A stretch of DNA of 64,000 nt from Flaccisagitta enflata (Eukaryota). Under the pieces are notes generated by a model. It was given only the letters and a program-made list of their open reading frames with translations, made no database searches and was not told the origin of the DNA. This document shows positions 40,415-53,892 of this stretch, one piece after another (within the stretch, counting starts at the first letter, position 1; each line of letters starts with the position of its first letter). The position numbers and the translations under genes were made by a program. The stretch spans positions 20,832,001 to 20,896,000 of the forward strand of contig OZ231126.1 of assembly GCA_965153355.1 (NCBI GenBank), in the 5' to 3' direction.

Positions 40415-41527
40415 AAAATCAAATTTTAACTTTTTTGTCGCAATCAGGCGGCAAATCTTTTTTATAAAAAGCAGCTATGGCTGCAAGGGAAAGTCCCAAT
40501 GTGGGGTCACATTATTGTTGCCAGCAAATTTGTAAAGGCATTCAATTTTCAGCCTCTCCCAAGCCCCACCCTCAACCCTCCTCCGATACACTTAAAATAA
40601 ACAAAAACGTGACACGGGTTACAACATCATTGCGGTTGGGTGGGCAGGGGCAGCAAACCCCCATCCACACACAACACCCCACCCAACTCCCCTCCCAATA
40701 CAATCACATACACAAAAAGTTTTCCCACTTACTGAATTGTGCACACCGATAGACAGACAGACGGAAAAAGCAATGGACAGACCAACGGACGGACAAAGGA
40801 TCTTATAGAGTTGCGTGTCTGCAACTAAAGCAAAAAATTTTTAGTCGCGTGCTACGCGACTCTACACCCTGCTTTGTCCGTCGGTCGGTAGGCTGGTCGG
40901 TCGGTTGGTCGGTCACACCTTACTTTTGAATATGTTTTTTATTCTTTGACCATTCTGCTCCTGCCCAAACACTCTGGTGAGCTCAAATATGGCCCCTGCC
41001 CACCCGCACACGACTGGGGTAGCCGTGTATCCAGCCTTGTTTAAGTACATGCTTAAACAAACATCTATATTTTTCTTTATGGATCCAGAATAAAATCATA
41101 AAAAATAAAAAAAAATTCGATAACAATTTTTCGCAAAAAAATCTTTAAAAAATCATAACGCAAAAATTATTTGTCGCAGAGCATTCCGCTTGGCGCCAAA
41201 TGAAAGAGAATTATCAAATTTACTTTCCCCATCAATTTCGTCGGAGGTTGCAATTTGCTCGGTCGAGATTCACAACTTTCGCATAAGAAAATGAAAACCA
41301 TGTTTCTCTGGAATATGTCAAAAAGTTGAAGACTTTTTTCCCGATTAAAAAAAGAATAAAAAAAGTGACCCGTGTTACCCCACTTCACCATAGGATGAAT
41401 AGTTGCACTCGTCACAGACAGACCAAAAAACAGCTTGGAAGATTATGCTCGTCTGTAGATCTCATATTCATTGAGCTCGTAGTAACACCCACATATCTTT
41501 CACAACTCACTCATTTCATAGTATAGT

Positions 41528-42373
41528 AAAAAGGCCGGATACACGGGCCAAGACGGTGCGCCGGGCGTTATTAATTCTTAAACCTATCCCTAGCTCCATG
41601 AGACCTATGCCTAGCTCTATCAGACCTATCCTGAGCTCTATCAGACCTATCTGACCTATCATCAGCTCTATCAGACCTATCCTAGCTCTATCAGACCTAC
41701 CCTAAGCTCTATCAGACCTATCCCTAGCTCTATAAGACCCATCCCTAGCTCTATAAGACCCATCCCCAGCTCTAACCGTAGCAGTTTACTTTAGTGATGA
41801 TCATCAAAGGGCCGATGTCCTGTAGAACACAGGGGGGAATTTCCATATGTCCGTCCTTCCGTCCGTCCGTCCCCCCCATTGACCTCAAATTTGCCCTCCA
41901 AGCCCTCAATTTAGCCCTCCAGGCCTCAACTCAGCTTTCCAGGCTTCAAATCAGCCCCCCCACCTCAAATCTGACCTCCAGGCCTCAAATCTGCCTTCCA
42001 GACCTTCAATTAGCCCTCCAAGCATAAAATCAGCCCTCCATGGCTTAAATTTGCCCTCCAAACCTCAAATCGGTCTCCAAGCCTTAATTCTGCCCTCCAG
42101 CCTGCAAATATGCCTTCAGCGGCCTAAATCAGTCATCTATGGCCTGAAACATGCCTCCTCAGGACGTATGGAAATCCCCCCCTGTGTTCTACAGGACATC
42201 CGCCCTTTGGGCCGCTGCCCTGCTCTCACTCCACTTCTTCACTGAATCACTTCCAGCAAGGCATCGGGAACCGCCGACCATGTGCGATTCTTGGATGACT
42301 AGTTATCTATTTTTCATTCGAGCGTGACCGCCGGACAGACAGACAGACAGAGGTGCTATGGCGCACCGAAAAA
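41528..42373 (+). mobile_element. HINE-like element with 21-bp array, interrupted by a family B copy
   Basis: AAGGCCGGATACACGG..GGTGCGCC head, ~9 x ACCTATCCCTAGCTCTATCAG (41582-41775), family B insert at 41808-42304, GACA microsatellite and GGTGCTATGGCGCACC hairpin end. Confidence 0.6.
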
Positions 42374-42660
42374 TCATCAAATATTTCTGAATTCTTTCCA
42401 GTGATTTTTGCTTCTTTTAGAGATTTTCAACTCGAGCGTGCCCGACCAATCAACCGACCGACCAACCAACCAACCGACAGATAGAGCTAGTTATAGAGGT
42501 GCTATGGCGCTATCGACGCTTAATTCATGAAACGCGTATACACCGCCACATCATTCATCTAGATCTACCAATACCATTTCGTAACAACCATTTTAGACCT
42601 TTCTCACGTAGTGACATTCACGTCTCGATTTTCAGTCACTATCATTTGATCCCGTCCATT

Positions 42661-43590
42661 TGGTCACGTGCATTTGGTCACGTGCGTCTAGTCACGTGCA
42701 TTTGGTCACGTGCGTCTGGTCACGTGCGTGCGGTCACGTGCGTGCATCAAAGTACAATCGTAATCAGTCACAAGTTCCCAGCGGGACGCGTCACGTGAAG
42801 ACGGTGGAATAGAAAACCACGTTGGTCAGTGGTCACGTGATCGAACCGGGACAGACTGATGTAACGATGACATGAAGATGGCGCACTCACTGTGGGATAC
42901 TCGCTTGTTCGGCAGCCAGATAGGATCGCTCATGCGAGACTGACGTTTACAATAGAACGTAGTTTACTGTTTGATGCTCATGTAGACACATGTAGATCAT
43001 GTGACATATACTTTTGTACGATTGTAAGATGCATGAGATCGCCATTGCAGATAGCCTCAGATCATTTGAATTAGACTTCGTAATGAAAATTTTTCAACTA
43101 AAAAAGAAAACTTAAATCTAAAAGAAAACAGAAAACTGAAGAATTCACGTTTTGATCTCTGCTAATTGGCCTTTGTCGTATCTATTGAGACAAACTTTAG
43201 CGATTTCTGTAATTCAATCAGGTAAGCCAGTATCATTTGGTACATGTTCGTTTTGATTAGGATTTTAGCGTCTTATAAAAATGATCAAGAATTATTGCGG
43301 ATGCAATACGCGAGGAATACAACAATGATAGGAGTTTGACGTGACGTTTTCTGGATTATTGCAACACACACTGACACTGACCCAAACGGTGATGATCGAA
43401 TCATGCAACTATGTTAAGCGCATGGGTGTGATGATCGCATGTCTACCAGACATAGGATCATCCTATCACGTTTCATCGTGCACGCGGTGACTTGATCACA
43501 TGCTCGCTAAACAGACAATATCATCCTACAGACAGACAGATGAAACGATGACTTGCACACGGCCTGATGGTCACGTAACGGTCACGTGAC
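42661..43590. promoter_or_regulatory. E-box (GTCACGTG) cluster in CpG-rich unique DNA
   Basis: Six tandem 14-bp units each with GTCACGTGC (42661-42744), further GTCACGTG at ~42790 and ~42832, and a full GTCACGTGAC at 43581-43590. Confidence 0.5.
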
Positions 43591-43659
43591 ATCTAGACGG
43601 AGATCAACGGATCACGCGGTGAAGATGAACACATCAAAGGGATTTTCGCCGCCTTTTAC

Positions 43660-43735
43660 CTTCAGCCTCGGAAATTCGTCGCCATTTTGTGTCATTTTTG
43701 TCACTCTCGTCGCTTCCTCCGTGTTCCCGTCTGCA
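43660..43735 (-). CDS. Candidate exon of unknown gene (ADGNTEEATRVTKMTQNGDEFPRLK)
   Basis: CTCTTCCACTCTTCCAG acceptor, open 76 nt, AAG|GTAAAA donor, inside a CpG-rich unique segment; no recognisable domain. Confidence 0.25.
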
Positions 43736-43949
43736 CTGGAAGAGTGGAAGAGTCTCTCTCCGGAGGAAAGTGACACAATAAACTTGATCTTAATCATTGG
43801 AAGTGATGTTGTGAGCAGCGTCGCGTCTTACTCATTGTGTCACTACGGGAAACTTTTTTGGCGCACAATAATAGTAAAATTTTCTCAGAAATCAGAGAAT
43901 TTAGATAACTGATCAAAAGAAATTATTTTGGCAACGGTTGAGGATCAGG

Positions 43950-44582
43950 CACTCCTTTCTGACAGAAGATTTGTGACAAGAATGATATCACTCCAGGTTT
44001 TTCTGCATTTTTGTGTAGGTCATAAGCAATTTAGGCATACTAATAAAGAACTATTCAGTGGAAAATCATCCCTAGAGCGCATTTTGAAAAAAAGTCAAAA
44101 ATTTTTAATTTTTAGCTTTATTTTGCATAAAGAATTTCTCAATTTGGTCTGACTTTTTTTTTAAAAGCATATTGTTAATCCTGATAAAATTCCCTTTCAT
44201 TTGATAGGTCGCACTATATGGTTTTGTTGAAAAATCAAATTCTCATATTTTAAGCCACCGCTGCATGCAATTTTTGTAACGGTGGCTTAAAAAATGAAAA
44301 TTTTATTTCTTTTTAAAACCATAAAGTGCGACCTTTCAAATGAAAGGGAATTAGAACAGGATTGGCAATATGCTGTCACAGAATTAGTCAGACCAACCTG
44401 CAAAATTATTCAATTATTATGAAGTTAGAAATTATTAATTTTTGACTTTTATTTCAAAATGCGCTCTAGGGATGATTTTCCACTGGATAGTGCTTGATTT
44501 GAATGCCTATGACCTACACAAAAATGCAGAAAATCCCGGCGTGATATCATTCTTGTCACAAATCTTCTGTCAGAAAGCAGGG
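43950..44582. mobile_element. Foldback MITE with CACT-like termini
   Basis: CTTTCTGACAGAAGATTTGTGACAAGAATGATATCAC and its exact reverse complement; palindromic to a centre near 44265; related to 52378-52945. No TSD recognised. Confidence 0.8.
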
Positions 44583-44752
44583 CTCTTGATGGGGTGACAG
44601 AAAAAAGTGTGTTATTGTTTCACTTTTCATGTTACAATGACAACGAGTGTTTCTATTGCCGTCTAAGCCTTTGTTAAACTATAATAAACAAAAGAGCAAG
44701 ATCTTTTTATCAAATTTACCCTCTACTAGTATACCAGTAAGTAGTAACTCTT

Positions 44753-44822
<70 letters not shown>

Positions 44823-45168
44823 AGAGAATCTTCTTGACATGCGGGTGTCTAGATGATATATCTCGACCTCGCGATCCGTCCGATGCCGACAAAGGGAGAG
44901 AGTGACAGAGTCAAGACAGGCAGGACCATTGAGGTGACATTAGGGTCCACGCTATAGGCTGCCGGCCGGACCGCAATGGGCAGACGCCGCCATCCGATAC
45001 GACGGTCAATGGCCGGCCGACGCGGCGATCAAGGGCCGGCCGATGCGGCGGTCAAGGCCGGTCAACAGCGCTGCCAGTATCGGCATAAGTGTCGGCTGTG
45101 AAAGCCGGCCCTTCGGCATCTCGGCAATAATAGCAATAGGCTCATCAAACGGACGAAACGATCGGGCC

Positions 45169-45217
45169 TTAAAATTCGCTATCAGCGTCCGCCATCGAAA
45201 CCCAATGAGAATCATGG
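45169..45217 (-). CDS. Candidate terminal exon of the thioredoxin gene ((N)HDSHWVSMADADSEF*)
   Basis: Long T-rich tract ending CCGTCTAG; phase 2 matches the upstream AA| donor; ends in an xxEF KDEL-like tail then TAA. Confidence 0.35.
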
Positions 45218-45281
45218 CTAGACGGTAGAAATGACAACGACACAAAGACAATAACAACACTCAAAACACTAAAAACATGAA

Positions 45282-45375
45282 AACAACAACAACAACAAAA
45301 ACAACATGCCCCAGTCTGACAACGACAACAATAACAACAACAACAACAAAAACGACAACAACAACAACAACAACC

Positions 45376-45459
<84 letters not shown>

Positions 45460-45590
45460 GCGGGAACAGTAATACAAAACAAGCAACGCGAAGTTACGTA
45501 TCGTCGAGAGTTGGTGGGTAACGGAAGGACCAACGGACATGAAGCACCAACAGCAAAAATCATCAACTTTATCAACAACAACAATATTTC

Positions 45591-45685
<95 letters not shown>

Positions 45686-45710
45686 AAACAACAACAACAA
45701 CAACAACAAG
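45282..45710. repeat. (AAC)n microsatellites
   Basis: Direct reading, two tracts. Confidence 0.98.
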
Positions 45711-45776
45711 ATCCAGTTGACAGAAACGCAGAGATCGACGCGATGGCAACAAATTGTCATTGGATATCGTTATGGT

Positions 45777-45861
<85 letters not shown>

Positions 45862-45966
45862 CGCGGTCAATTGAAGGGGATGAATTGCTCTATTGTCAAT
45901 TGTATGCCTTTTGAACCGCCAATTCACTCTCTGCGTTTGCCAACGATTCATAAATCTCTGTTGGTT

Positions 45967-46051
<85 letters not shown>

Positions 46052-47335
46052 TTTCTACGCATTCAAATGAAGACAAACAGAAGGTCAAGACTCAAGATTC
46101 GTCATACGACCAACCCTGAATTATGGGAAAATGCTAGTCCTGACCTCAGATCATCAAATTGACTATCTACAAAAGTTCAGATAAAGCGTTCATGCGCCCT
46201 CGCCCCTCTGTATATGTAATGATATGTTTTATACATTTTACGTAGATTTATATTTTTGTGTATCCATCTACCTGTGAGTGAATGGACTCTCATTTTCTGA
46301 TTCATATATTTTTCAGCCTTTTGACCAGTCCTGGACTGTTAACCCGATGGAGCGCGTTGGTGTGCGCCGTTTTGAGCGTAAGAGAGGCGCAAAATTTGTC
46401 AAGTCATGTAAACACAGACAAAAGAACATACACCCACGCAAGTATACGAACAATTTATAACTACCAGCGCCTATCTTGGCATGCTAGCAGTGTTTGTGGG
46501 TGGTCCGTAGGTCATCTGTCTATCAGTCCCTAGAAACCCTTTACTCAACCAGATAAGACGGTCACGGAAGTGAGGATCACTAAAGAGTAAAGGCATCCTA
46601 CCAGCGGCCACCCGGCTTTCGGCCAGCCCTTCCGGAAGCAGACGAATCCATCCAAGACGCGCGGGAATCAAAATCAGCTGGATTCACAAAATTGCGGTAT
46701 TCAAGAAAAACAAAAGATCAAATTTGTTCATTTGTCCATTTTCATTCTTCACGGGAAAATCGTGCTCTGATTTAAGGCGCGATGCTGCCCTCTAACCAAA
46801 AAGTCGGGGATAAAAGTGCGCGGAAAGTTGTTCTTCTTCCCACAGAGCGATCAAATCGAGGAACGCAGATTCGCCGATTTGCGAAATGACCGTCTTCATC
46901 GTCGTCATTATCGTCGCGAATATCGTAGTCGTCGTGCTTATCAGTGGCCATCGTCGTCGTCGTGGTCGTCACCGTGCTAGGACGTAGTCGTCGTTGACGT
47001 CATCGTCTTATCGATCGTCTTCTTTGACGTCAGCATCTTATCTATAGTTCTGTCTACGTTCGTCTACCTTTTCCTCCCCATCTACTTGAAATTCCAATGT
47101 ACGCAAAATGGTCCCTCTTCTGTTGAATAAATGATGACAAGCCGATACTCTTCGAATCTGTTTCGCTGTCCATTTCCCTACAGATCCGTCTGACTTTACG
47201 CTTTTTTGTCCTGTCCGACGTCAAACTGTCTTTCATTTATGGCTGCCCTTTCTTTCTGTCTAGTTCAGTCTATCTGTCTACCCGTTATGACGCACACTGA
47301 CTATCTCCCTAGCTCTCAAGTCATAGTTTCGACGG

Positions 47336-47336
<1 letters not shown>

Positions 47337-47410
<74 letters not shown>

Positions 47411-47447
47411 AGCTCTTCATTTCTTTCTTTCTTTCTTTCTTTCTTTC

Positions 47448-47486
<39 letters not shown>

Positions 47487-47500
47487 AGCGCTTTATTTTT

Positions 47501-47576
<76 letters not shown>

Positions 47577-47578
47577 TC
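47337..47578. repeat. (CTTT)n microsatellite
   Basis: Direct reading. Confidence 0.98.
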
Positions 47579-48170
47579 ATTCTCGTGTTACGAAATGTAT
47601 CATGGCAATTAAACAATGTTTATGAAAAGATTATCTTCCTCGAAATTTCCCTTTTGATCGCAAAGATGTATCATTTTCAACAACAATTGAATAAATCACA
47701 GCTGCTGCAATGGTTGGCGGAGTGACATCGGGTTGACATGTCATTTTAAGACATTCGTTCCACAAGAAAGAGATGACGATAAAATCCCCCGTTTTTCACA
47801 TGTGCCTAATGGATAAGTAAATGTAACCATTATTAACTATAACTTTTCCTCTTTATCAATTTGCGGCATAAAGCATTTGTGCCTTTCATATACTAATGTG
47901 TCTTCTACAACGTCAACGGTAACTGATTTTGTTTGCCTTGCTATCCTCTTCATTTCTAGCACGGGGAATACCGCATAAGGCATAACCTAAACGGCATACT
48001 GACTCGCGACTCAGCTCATTTTGCTTTTCAAAGAAAAACATGCATGATAGGTGGAACAATATCCCTCACTATACCCAAACTGATATACAACAATTATGGC
48101 CTTTGGATTAAATACAACACAAGTGTAACTAAAAGTACCGACGAGATTTCTCACAGTCATTGTCACTCAC

Positions 48171-48315
48171 TTGTTGACAAAGTCGGCGAGGGCCGTCACG
48201 TCGCGAGCGCCACGATACTCCTGCAGGGGCTTGCCGTCTTTGAAGAGGATCAACGTTGGGTAACCGTCGATTTTGTTTCTGCGGCACAAACTCTGGTTCT
48301 GATCGCAGTTAACCT
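48171..48315 (-). CDS. TXNDC5: TXNDC5/ERp46-like exon, C-terminal half of thioredoxin domain
   Basis: CAG acceptor, phase 1; (E)VNCDQNQSLCRRNKIDGYPTLILFKDGKPLQEYRGARDVTALADFVN with the GYPTL cis-Pro motif and Y-x-G-x-R; AA|GTGAGT donor. Confidence 0.9.
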
Positions 48316-48358
48316 CTGCCGTGATTTTCAATATACAAATGAGAGGGAAAAGGATATA

Positions 48359-48779
48359 CACTTTTTTTTTATAAGAACCTAGTTTATAAGAACATCAAGG
48401 CTTCGAATGGCCCCAAAATTAAGAACATCTTAAGAACATACTAAGGCTTCAAATCTTGAAAAAAATTTCGCTTCAGGTAATATTTGAAAAATATCATTAA
48501 AACACTCAAATTTTAATATAATTTAGATAATATTATACAATCTTTAATATAAATATCATAAAAATATCTTTAGATTTTAATATTTAACATTTGTTTTAAC
48601 AATATTTAAAAGAAATATATATGATATAAATGAATAATAGTATTTTATAAACTTTCCCACAGTTTTTATAGTATTTTCAATTAAAAACGCTCTAAAAACG
48701 TTGAAGGCTTCATTAGGCCTCAAAAATAAGAACGTGAAGCCTTTGAAAAAAAATGACGTTCTTATAAAAAAAAAAAGTG
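48359..48779. mobile_element. TA-flanked MITE in the thioredoxin gene intron
   Basis: TA|CACTTTTTTTTTATAAGAAC ... GTTCTTATAAAAAAAAAAAGTG|TA; related partial end at ~62973. Confidence 0.8.
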
Positions 48780-49032
48780 TATATCAAAGGTCCAACCGAT
48801 AACGATTTTTTTTAAACAAGTGTCTCGTGATTTGTGTGTTTATTGCTTATCGAGTTTGTTTGGTCGCGATGACAAAAGATATCCAAGGACAACTTTTATG
48901 TTTTATGTGATTTAGATAATATGATAGGTTGAGTCATGCGGTTGTCGATGCACTCTATAACCTTACAAATATCTTTGAGTGCAACTGTTGCTCACGCCCA
49001 CACAATTGAAGGAACCAACACACTAACAGGCA

Positions 49033-49111
<79 letters not shown>

Positions 49112-49372
49112 ATCTCGCTTTTTCTGTCGTAAATATTAGGCTAAGTTTAGCTGCATTTTCGATATCAAATCCTTTTACTTTCTTGGATGTATTTTGTAAC
49201 AGGTTTAACAGGTATAGAAAATGTCTCGGCATTAATTTGCGCAAATATCTATACTTTTCTCAAGGCTAGGGAAGCTTATTTTTTAATGACGGATAAAAAT
49301 TGAGCATTGTAACTGAGTACCACTTCTTTGTTATTGTCGTTTCCAAGAATTTACGACAGTTTTTCTCTGATG

Positions 49373-49582
<210 letters not shown>

Positions 49583-49594
49583 TAATGCTCCAAC

Positions 49595-49708
49595 CTGCAA
49601 TTTTGACGTTTTTCTTGTCAGCGAATTTGCTGCTTAGCTGTTCCCACTTCGGTGCCAAAGTTCTGCAGTGACCACACCAGGGAGCGAAAAACTTGACAAA
49701 CGTCAATT
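49595..49708 (-). CDS. TXNDC5: TXNDC5/ERp46-like exon with WCGHC active site
   Basis: TTCTTCCATCAG acceptor; (E)LTFVKFFAPWCGHCRTLAPKWEQLSSKFADKKNVKIA; G|GTTGGA donor. From memory it closely resembles the last thioredoxin domain of TXNDC5 ([24 protein letters not shown]...VKIAEVDC). Confidence 0.88.
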
Positions 49709-49943
49709 CTGATGGAAGAAACAAAAGAGCATTCACGGGTGAAATGTCAAACGCCTTTGTATTGAAGGTTAGTTCATCCTTTCGTTACGCTTTTCACCGC
49801 CTCCCAAACGCGATGTTACATAGTACATATAGGGCCCATTGGTTCCAAGTTCATTTTCTTTCATTCTTGCATACAAAACTGATTAAGACGACTTGGACAG
49901 GCTTGACCAACTTTAACATGTTATCTATGAAGGTAAAGGTTAC

Positions 49944-50076
49944 CTCCTTTCTTCATTTGAGGATTGTAATCGCCGTCGACCATGCTCATCTTGACGACCG
50001 CCAGGGAATCGGTGCCGGAGACGCCTGCAGCCGGCGTCGCGGAGGAGGAGGAAGAGGAGGACGAATTTGAAGCCAT
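49944..50076 (-). CDS. TXNDC5: TXNDC5/ERp46-like protein disulfide isomerase family gene, exon with Ser-rich linker and start of thioredoxin domain
   Basis: Encodes MASNSSSSSSSSATPAAGVSGTDSLAVVKMSMVDGDYNPQMKKG plus 1 nt; G|GTAACC donor is phase-compatible with the next exon. Preceded by a pyrimidine tract and AAG, so the ATG may be an internal codon after an acceptor. Confidence 0.65.
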
Positions 50077-50412
50077 CTTGCGGAGCCGGAGGAAAAAAAA
50101 GAAGCAAAACAAAAGACAAGAAGAAAAAAAAAATTACTGATAAAAAAAATGAAACAAAAAACGAAGCAGCTACCGAGACGCAAGACTCAAGGCACGAATT
50201 CTACGAGATAGTTTCATGTGATTGTTTACATCAATCGTGTATCAATGTCGGTTTCGGAAATCACAGCTGCATGGTGACTGCTTTACTTTGTTCAAGTCAG
50301 CAACAATATCGTCCTTTGCTTTGGAATGTGTTTGGTATCGCATAGCGCACCTAGTCACCATTTGACTACAAAGTTGAATAGAAAAGTTCATTCCTACAGA
50401 TTCTTATCAGCA

Positions 50413-50471
<59 letters not shown>

Positions 50472-51577
50472 TATCTTTTTTTTTTAAATCTGCTATTTTT
50501 CTTTGTAGGTTTTTATTGATTGTTTACTTTTGGGCGGTCCAACATCTGTTGTGGGAGGCCTTTGAGAGCGGCTTCTCTTTGATCTTAACCCTTCGCTCAT
50601 TCTCAACATCCGGAGATACTCGTTCGCCTTCGCCTCCTGCTCCTCTTCCTCCTCGTCTTCCTCCTCTACCACTTTTCGTCCTACACCCCAGCCTGGGGAT
50701 CAGAGGATGATTACGATGTGATTGGGGACGTTGTAACTGGGGTGGGAGGGTGAAGGGTGAGAAGTTTGCAGGGGTGCTGCGTTTGGGCCAGAACAGAAAT
50801 GATTTTAAATCAGATGGTCAGTTAGGAAGACTGTCAAAACTGCTCCTGCCCACCCGCACCGTAGCTTCGAGCGGTCCTGTCGAAATTGTACAGCCCTGTA
50901 AACAGTAAAAGACAAATTCAGTCAAGGTTATTTTGTTGCGACACCCATTTGATTTCCATCTTGACTTCAGCTGGGTCTTGTCGAAATTGTAACCCTGTTA
51001 ACAATGATGGACAAATCCAGTCTAGATTTTGTTGCGATACCCAGTTGATTTGCATCTTGAAATGGCTAAAATGATAAAATTCAATGCGATCTTCGTCTTG
51101 ATACAGGTTTCACCGTTTACCGGCTCATTCCAACTGAAACTAGGCTGCAATTTTGCGATTGGTAGAATTTACATCCAAATCTTGCCGTGTAGAATCTACT
51201 TTTCCAAGCCCATAAGATTAACAATTAATACTTTCACCCACAGCTACAACTCTTTACCTCAACCATCGGACTTGAAAGTTACAACAAGAACGACAAGTTG
51301 ACCATATGTGGGCCCCACATATTATGTAGGGCGCCTCAAAACTCTTGCGATCACTCAGAAAGAGATTCAGATGACAATACGAAGAATCCCGATGGATGTT
51401 GGTTAATGCCGGACGGACTGAAAGGCGTCGGTTTTTCGTATCAGAGGCTGAGCATCGATTATCTTACAGAGTGACGCTATTGCACCTATTTTTATGTTGT
51501 AACTCGAAAGACAACCATTCAACTCGAGACAAAAGGGGTTTATCCTCAAAATACTACTGTAGAATAGGATGGCTTAA

Positions 51578-52170
51578 AGTGGGGTCATATTCATATCTTA
51601 GGACGCCCATGGGAAAAATATGACCATTTCCTTACTCCTTAGTACATGATAAATCCAAAATTTGCGGATGATTGGCCACCAGCCCGCTTATTTTCCATAG
51701 TTTCTTGTTTTCCATGGTTTCTTAACAATGTTACCCTCGGGTGATTTGTTAAATTTTGGTAATAAAGGTAACAATCATTAGCCGTTATCTATTTTGGTAA
51801 GCATTAGTGTTAGCATTTGGGTTAGACTCAGAATGGATGTTTGCTAGTTAGTTTCGCTAGATGGAAAACTAGGAGTGATGCGCGTATTAACTAGTCAGTG
51901 AGGGCTCGCAAGGCCCTCTTCCATATTTTTCAGTTTGGGTATAGTGAGGGATATTGTTCCACCTGTCCTAAGCAATGCATAGGAAGGATTTTAACCTTCA
52001 ATCCAACAGCAATATCCCCCTGTACTTTGTAATGGGAAAAAGATGGGGTGGCGGCCAAACTTTATCCGATTACCCCTAAATTTTGGATTTCTCGTGTATG
52101 CGGGAGGGAAATGGTCATATTTCAAGGGCATCATTTCAAAGGCATCATGAGATTTGACTAAGGGCCCACT
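51578..52170. mobile_element. Degenerate TIR element, possibly Kolobok-like
   Basis: TTAA|AGTGGG ... CCCACT|TTAG ends, with inverted AAATATGACCATTTCC / GGAAATGGTCATATTT and AAATCCAAAATTT / AAATTTTGGATTT. Confidence 0.5.
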
Positions 52171-53396
52171 TTAGCAGGTGTGTATATTTTTGAGCGACTT
52201 TTGATTTAATTCCCCCCTCCTGCCTTTGTTTTTCTTCCCCGCAATGTGTCGTCTCGCGTTACAAAATCTATGATTTTCCTCCCCTCAGAGCATTAAAACA
52301 GTATGTGATAGGTTTGAATAGTGTTAAATTGTGTTGCAGTATTCAAATTTTACCTATTGGTGCCACTAGAAGTCAATACTGTCTCACATAAGGTTTGGGA
52401 CAAGAATGATATTACCATGCGGTTTTTTGCATTTTTGCAGAGTTCATGAGTATAGAAACCAAGAACCATCAAGTAAAAAATCTTTCCTGAGATTCATGAT
52501 TCAAGATTCAAGACTCAAGATTTTTAACATTATCTTGCAGAGAAAATCTTTTAGGTTGATTTGATCTATTTTTTGACAGCATAATGTTAATCATGATAAA
52601 ATTCCAATTCATTTGATAGGTCACACTGTATGGTTTTCATAAGAAATGAAAAATTCATTTAGGCCACCGTTGTAATTTTGTAACGGTGGCGTTAAAAATA
52701 AAAATTGTAATTTTTGTGAAAACTATATAGTGCGACCTATCAAATGAAAGGGAATTCCATTAGGATTATTATTATGCTGTCAATAGATAGGTCAAACCAA
52801 CCTGAAAAATAGTCCATGCAAAATGAACCTAAAAATGTTGAATTTTTCATTTTTTTCAAAAAGCGCCTTGGGAAAGATTTTCTACTTGATAGTCCTTGGT
52901 TTGTATACTCATGAACTCTACAAAAATGCAAAAAACCGCATAGTCGGGAAAAAAGTCGAAGTCTGTCTTCGACTTTTTGACATATTCGAGAAAAACAGGG
53001 TTTTCATTTTCTTATGGGAAAGTTGGGGAACTCCTTAGGGCGATTGGTCCCTCAAACGAAATTTATAGGGTAAGTAAATTTAATAATTCTCTTTCATTTG
53101 GCGCCAAGCAGAAGTCTCTGGGACAAATATTTTTCGCGCTATGATTTTTTAAAGATTTATTTATGAAAAATAAAAATAGAATTTTTTTTTTATTTTTTAA
53201 GATTTTGTGTAGGATCAATAAAGAAGCGTATATATGTTTACTTGAGCATGCCAATACAAAAAAACATGTTTATGAGCATACCTGCTCATCTGTGAGGGCA
53301 TTTTTGAGCATTTTAGCTCATTTAGCTCACTTGGCTTAGTCTATTCTTTCTGATTTCAAAAACAACAAATGAATAAATATTTTCATACTTGTTTAA

Positions 53397-53832
53397 TAGG
53401 GCGTAGTCAGGTGTTGGGATTCATTTTCACAGACCCCATGGGGGATTTTTATGACGGGTATGGGTCTTAGGAATGAGAATGAACCAGTTTGGAGTCAATT
53501 TTGAATGGTCTAGTTGCGCGGAATTTGACCACAATATGCAAATGAGATTTTCGTGAATTTTCAAGATTTTCGCTATATGTGCCAGTTAGGTTTCAGTAAA
53601 CAGCCCTCATTAAACTCTGGAAAAAAAACCATAGATACTTTAATGGACCCAATTGACGTGACAATTACATAGAAGGAGGAACTTAAGTGATTGAGGGGTT
53701 GTTAGGGGTTGTGGAGGTGGAGGAGGAGGAGGAGGAGGAGGGAGAGTTAGTGATCTGAATTTTTCAACTTTTCTGTCTAGCGCCTCAAGTCAATAATGAA
53801 TAAGACGTACAAGGTATAAATCAAATTTTAAT

Positions 53833-53892
<60 letters not shown>

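Noticed and set aside
43160-43300. Possible spliced-leader RNA gene (short exon plus CAG|GTAAGC)
   Set aside because: No convincing Sm site or match to an SL sequence I can recall; kept only as an unexplained donor.
50525-50690. Purine-rich minus-strand stretch that might be an upstream exon of the thioredoxin gene
   Set aside because: Two frames open, weak splice sites, no thioredoxin similarity.
50878-51061. Two ~85-bp direct repeats
   Set aside because: Simple local duplication with no evident function.
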